Shown here one piece after another: positions 1 to 10,000 of a DNA stretch of 64,000 nucleotides (its first letter is position 1; each line of letters opens with the position of its first letter). Location of the stretch: the NCBI GenBank assembly GCA_964016885.1, contig OZ024743.1, positions 11,594,001-11,658,000 on the forward strand, read 5' to 3'. Origin of the DNA: Eledone cirrhosa (lineage: Eukaryota). A program made the translations under genes and the position numbers. The notes under the pieces were generated by a model. The model was not told where the DNA came from and made no database searches. It saw nothing but the letters and a program-made list of their open reading frames with translations.

Positions 1-179
1 AAATGTGATTATAAAACTTAAATTTATGAATGACTTGTTTTCTAATTAACTTAAATTTGTTTTCTAATTTGGCCCTTTTAAGGGCCACCTATATTTTCAT
101 TTAAGTAACTCCACTTACATCGATATGCTTTATAACCATGACTTGTTTTCTATTTGTTTTCTAATTTGGTACTTTTAAG

Positions 180-226
180 TCTTCCCTCTCTCTCTCTTCC
201 CTATCTCTCCTCTTCCCTCTCTCTCT
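180..226. repeat. (CT)n-rich low-complexity tract
   Basis: Almost pure pyrimidine run tcttccctctctctctcttccctatctctcctcttccctctctctct, followed by A9. Confidence 0.85.
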
Positions 227-231
227 AAAAA

Positions 232-420
232 AAAACGCGTGAAAACTCCACTTACGCGTGGTAGTAATACGGAAATAAACGATGTTGACGAGTGACGTCA
301 CCTTCGCCTGTTTTCCACTGGACTGACAGCTAATAGCGTTGTAGTGCCGAAAATATAGTAAAAGGTACCGGCATTTACCGGATGTTTTTAGTGTATATAG
401 TGAATGCGCATGCACTGGAG
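232..420. promoter_or_regulatory. CpG-enriched promoter-like patch with housekeeping-type TF motifs
   Basis: Local CpG cluster in CpG-poor DNA. Palindromic CRE/ATF site GTGACGTCAC (292-301), two ACGCGT (235-240, 254-259), ETS-like ACCGGATGT (377-385), NRF1-like TGCGCATGCA (405-414). No transcript evidence available. Confidence 0.4.
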
Positions 421-479
421 TCAACTTCAAGGGAGATAATTCAATTTGCTATTTGAACTGTTTTATTCACAAGGGGATT

Positions 480-595
480 TGGTAGAAATAGCAGCTAAAT
501 ATTTCTCGAATTAATATCTCCCATCTCAAAAGTGAAAGGAGACAGTAAAATTAGGTCCTCTAAACAAAACAGACAAGATGGTCATGGATATGACG
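480..595 (+). mobile_element. fragment of a non-coding dispersed repeat family (further copies at ~2843-3298 and ~3345-3400)
   Basis: tagaaatagcagctaaatatttctcgaat (~483-511) aligns by eye with taaaaacagtcaaatatcactgaaat (~2844-2869) and tataaataacagttaaatctccttcaaat (~3366-3394). gatggtcatg (~577-586) is the reverse complement of catgaccatc (~2782-2791). Confidence 0.5.
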
Positions 596-605
596 ACATT
601 GATTA

Positions 606-1300
606 AACTGGGGAACATTTTTTTTCTTGGATTTGAGTTCTTATTCTGATATTTTTATGCCACTGATTCTGAAAATATCCATTTTATCCCAGCAGCTGTA
701 GTTTTTTAGATATTGCATAGGCCATTGCTTACTTTATTACTCTTCTGAAATGGTAGTATGAGTTACTTGTAATTCTAAATTCATCTGTAGAATTAAATTG
801 TAGCTATAATCTTGCTGATGTTGTAATTTTACATGTGTATAATACATGTATTAATGTAAGTTCTTTCCTACTACAGGTACAGGTGATGACATGGCTTTGA
901 GAGAAAATGTTTAAATCATCCATATGGTTTTTTTGTATTATTTGCCACGAGTACACATTCATTGAACAGAGAAAAACTATCAGTGATTTTATGAAAAAAA
1001 CTTATTTTGCCTATTTTAGAGTACAACTAGAGGACCAAGGTAAGCCATGGGCTCCTCAGGTTGTGTGTAAAACATGTACAGAGGATTTGTAGCAATAGAT
1101 CCTTGGAAAGAAATGTCGGAAATTTGGTATACCAATGTTATGGGGGTGACAGAAAAACCACAGTGATGACTGTTACTTTTGTTTGGTGAATATAAAGAGC
1201 ATCAGTGGATGTATCCTGAAATAATCTCAGCTAGATAACCTGTTGCATATTCCAATGACCCATCCTTCAGCTATTTTCTAAAGCTCCCTCAAAATGTTCA
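606..1300 (+). mobile_element. decayed DNA transposon remnant, Chapaev(3)/CMC-like, 5' portion only
   Basis: Contains the transposase N-terminal pseudogene listed next. Upstream aactggggaacatttttttt...ctgattctgaaaat resembles a degraded terminal/subterminal region. Boundaries are approximate. Confidence 0.45.
891..1260 (+). pseudogene. transposase N-terminal Cys-rich domain (Chapaev-like), disrupted
   Basis: Manual translation across frameshifts and stops: MAL/RKCLNHPYGF/CIICHEYTFIEQRKTISDFMKKTYFAYFRVQLEDQGKPWAPQVVCKTCTEDL*Q*ILGKKCRKFGIPMLWG*QKNHSDDCYFCLVNIKSI/WMYPEIISAR*PVAYS. The motifs CxxC..KPWAPxxxCxxC..FGIPMxW..NHxDDCYFC match my recollection of this transposase family. Confidence 0.7.
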
Positions 1301-1724
1301 TGAATCTGCTATAGACAAAGAAAACATGGAGGCAAAATGACAGTAATTTTTAAGGAACAACCACAAACCTATCAGAGAGCGGCTGATACTTTGACAGTTT
1401 TCCCTCTTTGGCCAGGTGGGCAGCGTAGCCTGGGCTGGTAGCCAAAGGCAGCCAGTTACTGCTAGGTATCTATACTGAGAACAGTCAGCCCTGGGAACAA
1501 TAGTTGAGACACAATTTAACCCTCTCACTGTAACTGCCATAACAACTTTCACGGTTAATTGTAGTTGTTATCTCTACTGCCTCACTCACTAATACAATTA
1601 TATATATTGTTACTGTTGTTATTGTTGTTGTCATTGCAGTTGCATGACGTAGTTATTGATGGCATTCTATGCTCATGCAGCTGTTTTTCTTGTTATTTTA
1701 AAAAAATGTTTAATTATAATTTCC

Positions 1725-1915
1725 AATGGAAGCACAATACCACAATCTTTGGTGGGTTGTCCATTAAATTGATCTTAGTACTTGATTGGTTTGGTCCTTT
1801 ATTTTATCAACCCTGGAATGATGAAAGGTAAAATCGACCTTGATGGGATTTTAATTAAGAACTTAATGAGCAAAAACAAATACTGCAAGGCATATTGTCC
1901 AATGCTCTAACAATA
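1725..1915 (-). mobile_element. tRNA-derived SINE, diverged copy
   Basis: Aligns with the copies at 2213-2420 and 2438-2646 (tttattttatcaaccc..gatgaaaggtaaaatcgacctt..gggatttt..gcatattgtccaatgctctaac). Confidence 0.7.
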
Positions 1916-1930
1916 TTGGTGACAGTGAAG

Positions 1931-1991
1931 GTGGTGGTGGTGGTGGTGGTAGCAACAGCAGCAGTAGTAGTAGTAGTAGTAGTAGTAGTAG
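1931..1991. repeat. compound trinucleotide microsatellite (GGT)n-(GCA)n-(GTA)n
   Basis: Directly visible ggtggtggt...agcaacagcagca...gtagtagtagta. Confidence 0.9.
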
Positions 1992-2212
1992 GTTTTTGTT
2001 AATTCTGCGGCTATTGCCAGTTTTATTGTGTAATTGCAGCTGTTACTATGGCATCTGTTTCTACTGCAGTGTATACAGGAGCCAGAGTAGTTAACACTCT
2101 TACAATTGCCTCAACACAACTCTTTCTATATTCCTAGACAACAACAACAACAACTATCATAATTATCACTATTTAAGATATAAGTAAAGAATTAAAAAGA
2201 AATAATAATAAT

Positions 2213-2420
2213 AATGGTTTCTGATTTAGGCACAAGGCCAGCAATTTGAGGGGAAAATCGATTAAATCGACACCAGAGCATTACTGGTACTTTATTTTAT
2301 CGACCTTGTAAGGATGAAAGGCAAAGCTAACCTCGGCGGGATTTGAACTCAGAGCGTAAAGGGCCGTAACTCTGTGCTGTGAAGCATGTTGTCCGACGCT
2401 CTACCGATTCCCCCGCCCTT
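2213..2420 (-). mobile_element. tRNA-derived SINE (Pol III A/B boxes, Meta-domain-like core, (ATT)n tail)
   Basis: On the minus strand: A-box-like GGAATCGGTAGAG (2399-2411), B box GAGTTCAAATCCC (2338-2350), core GCCTTTCATCCTT..GGTCGATAAAATAAAGTACCAG, ending in (ATT)n at ~2201-2214. Confidence 0.8.
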
Positions 2421-2437
2421 AAAATAAATGATAATAA

Positions 2438-2646
2438 TAATGATTTCTACTATAGGCACAAGGCCAGCAATTTTGGGGGAGGGAAAAGTCGATTAAATCG
2501 ACCCCAGTGCATTGCTGGTGCTTTATTTTATCAACCCCATAAGGCTAACCTTGGTGGGATTTGAACTCAGAGCGTAACAGGCCATAACTCTATGCCACAA
2601 ATCATTTTGACCAATGCTCTACTGACACTGCCTATCCACGGCCCTT
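2438..2646 (-). mobile_element. tRNA-derived SINE, second tandem copy with a small internal deletion
   Basis: B box GAGTTCAAATCCC (2556-2568). Shares taggcacaaggccagcaattt, tcgattaaatcgac, gctaacc and cagagcgtaa with the adjacent copy. (ATT)n tail at ~2424-2441. Confidence 0.8.
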
Positions 2647-2916
2647 ATCTATCATTTAATTATGAGATTTACTTTAGATAACAATCTTCAGGTGTCTTAT
2701 TATATGATTCATTATACAATGTTTTAATATTCATGGTATTCCACACCTTTACTCTAAATGAATCAACACTGCTGGTCTAGTCATGACCATCCTATCTTTT
2801 AGCTTCTTTTTACAGTGATAGACATAGTATCATTTTTCCTCATTAAAAACAGTCAAATATCACTGAAATCCCACTCTACAATTGTTAAAATGGAAGGTCA
2901 TGTTAGAGAATGTAGT

Positions 2917-3208
2917 CTTCTTCTTCGCTCACTTATTCCTGAGAGGGGGTCCTGTCAGAAGCAACTGTCTCCAACTGATCCGGCTGGATTCCCAAGTATG
3001 ACCAGCCAAGCTCATGGATGTTATCCAACCATCTTGCTCGAGGTCTACCCCCGGGTCTCTTGCCAGCAGGTTTTGCCCGTAAAATCTGTCCATCGATTCT
3101 TTCCCGAGACATTCTAACCACATGCCCATAGTTTCAAATCGGAGAAGTAGTGGCTCTACCTGGTGTGACTCTTTGATCTCCGAGTTACACATTTTATCGA
3201 GTAATGTT
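2917..3208 (-). mobile_element. 5'-truncated RTE-clade LINE fragment (RT C-terminus plus (GAA)n tail), with candidate TSD ATGTAGT
   Basis: Minus-strand peptides NSEIKESHQVEPLLLRFE / (GH)VVRMSRERIDGQILRAKPAGKRPGGRPRARWLDNI match the RTE ORF C-terminal GHxxRM..GKRPRGRPRxRWxD motif. Tail cttcttcttc at 2917-2926. ATGTAGT occurs at 2910-2916 and 3209-3215. Confidence 0.8.
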
Positions 3209-3818
3209 ATGTAGTTTTTGACTTAAAAAAAAGATGAAGTAGATGTGTCTAGAATGTTCTTCTTGACTGGGGCTGACCCAGGGCTAAACAACAATAACAT
3301 TTCACCACACAGTACTATGCAAATATGAGTCAAAGATAGAGTCTCTACATTGCTACTTGACCTTCTATAAATAACAGTTAAATCTCCTTCAAATCTATAA
3401 TGTTAGTGAAATTACTCTATCTTCTTTTGTGGATATATTTGCTATATTTTCTTCTAATCTTTACAACATTCATGCACAAGGAAACATTGTATTTCCATTG
3501 GTGTGCTGCAGAAAACTCACCTTCCCATGGGCACAGGATGAAACAATCTTGTAGAGGGTACAAATCTACACCAATCTCCCCCCCCCCCAATTGATCTTAA
3601 TTTAATGTTCAATCACATCTCATCACCAGCTAAATATCCTACTCTAGACTCTAACCATCCCCACTTACCTTTTCCATGTCCAACTGCCTGCATACTACTT
3701 CTCTCTCTTTCCAACTCCCACATCTCTCATACATCTCTCCTGTCAAACCCATGCATACATGTATGGAAAGCTGGACATGCTGCACATTTGCTCTCTGCTA
3801 CAATAAATGCACCAAGTC

Positions 3819-3867
3819 CTCCTGATCCCTACCTCCCACACTCCTGATCCCTACCTCCAACACTCCT
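3819..3867. repeat. 22-bp tandem duplication
   Basis: ctcctgatccctacctcccaca (3819-3840), ctcctgatccctacctccaaca (3841-3862), ctcct (3863-3867). Confidence 0.9.
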
Positions 3868-3925
3868 CTCCAATCGATGTATAAAAGCATGGAAAACTGG
3901 ACATTCTCCACACCTGCTCCTCACA

Positions 3926-4064
3926 GTGTTGCAGCCTCAACAAAAGCACCTAGTTCACCCTGTAAGGAGGTTGTGCTGTTGCCACAACAAAAGTACTCAG
4001 TTCACCCAGTAGGTTGTCGTGCTGGTACCACAATGAAAAAGTACCCAGTTTACCCTGTCATATA
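3926..4064 (+). repeat. three degenerate edge monomers of the 47-bp satellite
   Basis: ..gcctcaacaaaagcacctagttcaccctgtaaggag / gttgtgctgttgccacaacaaaagtactcagttcacccagtaggtt / gtcgtgctggtaccacaatgaaaaagtacccagtttaccctgtcatata, with identity to the consensus rising toward the array. Confidence 0.85.
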
Positions 4065-7000
4065 GTCGTTTGGTGCCACAATAAAAAGCACCCAGTTTAC
4101 CCTGTCATATAGTCGTTTGGTGCCACAATAAAAAGCACCCAGTTCACCCTGTCATATAGTCGTTTGGTGCCACAATAAAAAGCACCCAGTTTACCCTGTC
4201 ATATAGTCGTTTGGTGCCACAATAAAAAGCACCCAGTTTACCCTGTCATATAGTCGTTTGGTGCCACAATAAAAAGCACCCAGTTTACCCTGTCATATGG
4301 TCGTTTGGTGTCACAATAAAAAGCACCCAGTTTACCCTGTCATATGGTCGTTTGGTGCCACAATAAAAAGCACCCAGTTTACCCTGTCATATAGTCGTTT
4401 GGTGCCACAATAAAAAGCACCCAGTTTACCCTGTCATATAGTCGTTTGGTGCCACAATAAAAAGCACCCAGTTTACCCTGTCATATGGTCGTTTGGTGAC
4501 ACAATAAAAAGCACCCAGTTTACCCTGTCATATAGTCGTATGGTGCCACAATAAAAAGCACCCAGTTTACCCTGTCATATGGTCGTTTGGTGCCATAATA
4601 AAAAGCACCCAGTTTACCCTGTCATATGGTCGTTTGGTGCCACAATAAAAAGCACCCAGTTTACCCTGTCATATAGTCGTTTGGTGCCACAATAAAAAGC
4701 ACCCAGTTTACCCTGTCATATGGTCGTTTGGTGCTACAATAAAAAGCACCCAGTTTACCCTGTCATATAGTCGTTTGGTGCTACAATAAAAAGCACCCAG
4801 TTTACCCTGTCATATAGTCGTTTGGTGCTACAATAAAAAGCACCCAGTTTACCCTGTCATATAGTCGTTTGGTGCCACAATAAAAAGCACCCAGTTTACC
4901 CTGTCATATAGTCGTTTGGTGCCACAATAAAAAGCACCCAGTTTACCCTGTCATATAGTCGTTTGGTGCCACAATAAAAAGCACCCAGTTTACCCTGTCA
5001 TATAGTCGTTTGGTGCCACAATAAAAAGCACCCAGTTTAACCTGTCATATAGTCGTTTGGTGCCACAATAAAAAGCACCCAGTTTACCCTGTCATATAGT
5101 CGTTTGGTGCTACAATAAAAAGCACCCAGTTTACCCTGTCATATGGTCGTTTGGTGCTACAATAAAAAGCACCCAGTTTACCCTGTCATATAGTCGTTTG
5201 GTGCCACAATAAAAAGCACCCAGTTTACCCTGTCATATAGTCGTTTGGTGCCACAATAAAAAGCACCCAGTTTACCCTGTCATATAGTCGTTTGGTGCTA
5301 TAATAAAAAGCACCCAGTTTACCCTGTCATATGGTCGTTTGGTGCTACAATAAAAAGCACCCAGTTTACCCTGTCATATAGTCGTTTGGTGCCACAATAA
5401 AAAGCACCCAGTTTACCCTGTCATATAGTCGTTTGGTGCTACAATAAAAAGCACCCAGTTTACCCTGTCATATAGTCGTTTGGTGCCACAATAAAAAGCA
5501 CCCAGTTTACCCTGTCATATAGTCGTTTGGTGACACAATAAAAAGCACCCAGTTTACCCTGTCATATAGTCGTTTGGTGCCACAATAAAAAGCACCCAGT
5601 TTACCCTGTCATATAGTCGTTTGGTGCCACAATAAAAAGCACCCAGTTTACCCTGTCATATAGTCGTTTGGTGTCACAATAAAAAGCACCCAGTTTACCC
5701 TGTCATATAGTCGTTTGGTGCCACAATAAAAAGCACCCAGTTTACCCTGTCATATGGTCGTTTGGTGACACAATAAAAAGCACCCAGTTTACCCTGTCAT
5801 ATAGTCGTTTGGTACCACAATGAAAAAGCACCCAGTTTACCCTGTCATATAGTCGTTTGGTGCCACAATAAAAAGCACCCAGTTTACCCTGTCATATGGT
5901 CGTTTGGTGTCACAATAAAAAGCACCCAGTTTACCCTGTCATATGGTCGTTTGGTGCCACAATAAAAAGCATCCAGTTTACCCTGTCATATAGTCGTTTG
6001 GTGCCACAATAAAAAGCACCCAGTTTACCCTGTCATATAGTCGTTTGGTGCCACAATAAAAAGCACCCAGTTTACCCTGTCATATAGTTGTTTGGTGCCA
6101 CAATAAAAAGCACCCAGTTTACCCTGTCATATGGTCGTTTGGTGCCACAATAAAAAGCACCCAGTTTACCCTGTCATATGGTCGTTTGGTGCTACAATAA
6201 AAAGCACCCAGTTTACCCTGTCATATAGTCGTTTGGTGCGACAATAAAAAGCACCCAGTTTACCCTGTCATATGGTCGTTTGGTGCCACAATAAAAAGCA
6301 CCCAGTTTACCCTGTCATATAGTCGTTTGGTGCTACAATAAAAGTACCCAGTTTACCCTGTCATATAGTCGTTTGGTGCTACAATAAAAAGCACCCAGTT
6401 TACCCTGTCATATAGTCGTTTGGTGCCACAATCAAAAGCACCCAGTTTACCCTGTCATATAGTCGTATGGTGCCACAATAAAAAGCACCCAGTTTACCCT
6501 GTCATATGGTCGTTTGGTGCCACAATAAAAAGCACCCAGTTTACCCTGTCATATGGTCGTTTGGTGCCACAATAAAAAGCACCCAGTTTACCCTGTCATA
6601 TAGTCGTTTGGTGCTACAATAAAAAGTACCCAGTTTACCCTGTCATATAGTCGTTTGGTGCTACAATAAAAAGCACCCAGTTTACCCTGTCATATGGTCG
6701 TTTGGTGCTACAATAAAAAGCACCCAGTTTACCCTGTCATATAGTCGTTTGGTGCCACAATAAAAAGCACCCAGTTTACCCTGTCATATAGTCGTTTGGT
6801 GCTACAATAAAAAGCACCCAGTTTACCCTGTCATATAGTCGTTTGGTTCCACAATCAAAAGCACCCAGTTTACCCTGTCATATGGTCGTTTGGTGCTACA
6901 ATAAAAAGCACTCAGTTTACCCTGTCATATAGTCGTTTGGTGCCACAATCAAAAGCACCCAGTTTACCCTGTCATATGGTCGTTTGGTGCTACAATAAAA

Positions 7001-10000
7001 AGTACCCAGTTTACCCTGTCATATGGTCGTTTGGTTCCACAATAAAAAGCACCCAGTTTACCCTGTCATATAGTCGTTTGGTGCTACAATAAAAAGCACC
7101 CAGTTTACCCTGTCATATGGTCGTTTGGTGCTACAATAAAAAGCACCCAGTTTACCCTGTCATATAGTCGTTTGGTGCCACAATAAAAAGCACCCAGTTT
7201 ACCCTGTCATATAGTCGTTTGGTGCCACAATAAAAAGCACCCAGTTTACCCTGTCATATGGTCGTTTGGTGCTACAATAAAAAGCACCCAGTTTACCCTG
7301 TCATATAGTCGTTTGGTGTCACAATAAAAAGCACCCATTTTACCCTGTCATATGGTCGTTTGGTGCCACAATAAAAAGCACCCAGTTTATCCTGGCATAT
7401 GGTCGTTTGGTGCCACAATCAAAAGCACCCAGTTTACCCTGTCATATGGTCGTTTGGTGCCACAATAAAAAGCACTCAGTTTACCCTGTCATATGGTCGT
7501 TTGGTGCCACAATCAAAAGCACCCAGTTTACCCTGTCATATAGTCGTTTGGTTCCACAATAAAAAGTACCCAGTTTACCCTGTCATATAGTCGTTTGGTG
7601 CCACAATAAAAAGCACCCAGTTCACCGTCATATAGTTGTTTGGTGTCACAATAAAAAGCACCCTGTTTACCCTGTCATATGGTCGTTTGGTGCCACAATA
7701 AAAAGCACCCAGTTTACCCTGTCATATGGTCGTTTGGTGTCACAATAAAAAGCACCCAGTTTACCCTGTCATATGGTCGTTTGGTGCCACAATAAAAAGC
7801 ACCCAGTTTAACCTGTCATATAGTCGTTTGGTGCCACAATAAAAAGCACCCAGTTTACCCTGTCATATAGTCGTTTGGTGCTACAATAAAAAGCACCCAG
7901 TTTACCCTGTCATATGGTCGTTTGGTGCTACAATAAAAAGCACCCAGTTTACCCTGTCATATAGTTGTTTGGTGCCACAATAAAAAGCACCCAGTTTACC
8001 CTGTCATATAGTCGTTTGGTGCCACAATAAAAAGCACCCAGTTTACCCTGTCATATAGTCGTTTGGTGCTATAATAAAAAGCACCCAGTTTACCCTGTCA
8101 TATGGTCGTTTGGTGTTACAATAAAAAGCACCCAGTTTACCCTGTCATATAGTCGTTTGGTGCCACAATGAAAAGCACCCAGTTTACCCTGTCATATAGT
8201 CGTTTGGTGCTACAATAAAAAGCACCCAGTTTACCCTGTCATATAGTCGTTTGGTGCCACAATAAAAAGCACCCAGTTTACCCTGTCATATAGTCGTTTG
8301 CTGCCACAATAAAAAGCACCCAGTTTACCCTGTCATATAGTCGTTTGGTGCCACAATAAAAAGCACCCAGTTTACCCTGTCATATAGTCGTTTGGTCCCA
8401 CAATAAAAAGCACCCAGTTTACCCTGTCATATGGTCGTTTGGTGACACAATAAAAAGCACCCAGTTTACCCTGTCATATAGTCGTTTGGTACCACAATGA
8501 AAAAGCACCCAGTTTACCCTGTCATATAGTCGTTTGGTGCCACAATAAAAAGCACCCAGTTTACCCTGTCATATGGTCGTTTGGTGTCACAATAAAAAGC
8601 ACCCAGTTTACCCTGTCATATGGTCGTTTGGTGCCACAATAAAAAGCATCCAGTTTACCCTGTCATATAGTCGTTTGGTGCCACAATAAAAAGCACCCAG
8701 TTTACCCTGTCATATAGTCGTTTGGTGCCACAATAAAAAGCACCCAGTTTACCCTGTCATATGATCGTTTGGTGACACAATAAAAAGCACCCAGTTTACC
8801 CTGTCATATAGTCGTATGGTGCCACAATAAAAAGCACCCAGTTTACCCTGTCATATGGTCGTTTGGTGCCACAATAAAAAGCACCCAGTTTACCCTGTCA
8901 TATAGTCGTTTGGTGACACAATAAAAACCACCCAGTTTACCCTGTCATATAGTCGTTTGGTGCCACAATAAAAAGCACCCAGTTTACCCTGTCATATAGT
9001 CGTTTGGTGTCACAATAAAAAGCACCCAGTTTACCCTGTCATATAGTCGTTTGGTGCCACAATAAAAAGCACCCAGTTTACCCTGTCATATGGTCGTTTG
9101 GTGACACAATAAAAAGCACCCAGTTTACCCTGTCATATAGTCGTTTGGTGACACAATAAAAAGCACCCAGTTTACCCTGTCATATAGTCGTTTGGTGCCA
9201 CAATAAAAAGCACCCAGTTTACCCTGTCATATAGTAGTTTGGTGTCACAATAAAAAGCACCCAGTTTACCCTGTCATATAGTCGTTTGGTGCCACAATAA
9301 AAAGCACCCAGTTTACCCTGTCATATGGTCGTTTGGTGACACAATAAAAAGCACCCAGTTTACCCTGTCATATAGTCGTTTGGTACCACAATGAAAAAGC
9401 ACCCAGTTTACCCTGTCATATAGTCGTTTGGTGCCACAATAAAAAGCACCCAGTTTACCCTGTCATATGGTCGTTTGGTGTCACAATAAAAAGCACCCAG
9501 TTTACCCTGTCATATGGTCGTTTGGTGCCACAATAAAAAGCATCCAGTTTACCCTGTCATATAGTCGTTTGGTGCCACAATAAAAAGCACCCAGTTTACC
9601 CTGTCATATAGTCGTTTGGTGCCACAATAAAAAGCACCCAGTTTACCCTGTCATATGGTCGTTTGGTGACACAATAAAAAGCACCCAGTTTACCCTGTCA
9701 TATAGTCGTATGGTGCCACAATAAAAAGCACCCAGTTTACCCTGTCATATGGTCGTTTGGTGCCACAATAAAAAGCACCCAGTTTACCCTGTCATATGGT
9801 CGTTTGGTGCCACAATAAAAAGCACCCAGTTTACCCTGTCATATAGTCGTTTGGTGCCACAATAAAAAGCACCCAGTTTACCCTGTCATATAGTCGTTTG
9901 GTGCTACAATAAAAAGTACCCAGTTTACCCTGTCATATAGTCGTTTGGTGCTACAATAAAAAGCACCCAGTTTACCCTGTCATATAGTCGTTTGGTGCCA

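Noticed and set aside
161-3847. Short ORFs in the left flank (161-430, 1298-1552, 1565-1831, 2379-2564, 2815-3117, 3400-3594, 3605-3847)
   Set aside because: They overlap microsatellites, SINEs or the antisense strand of the RTE fragment, or have low-complexity composition with no recognisable domain.
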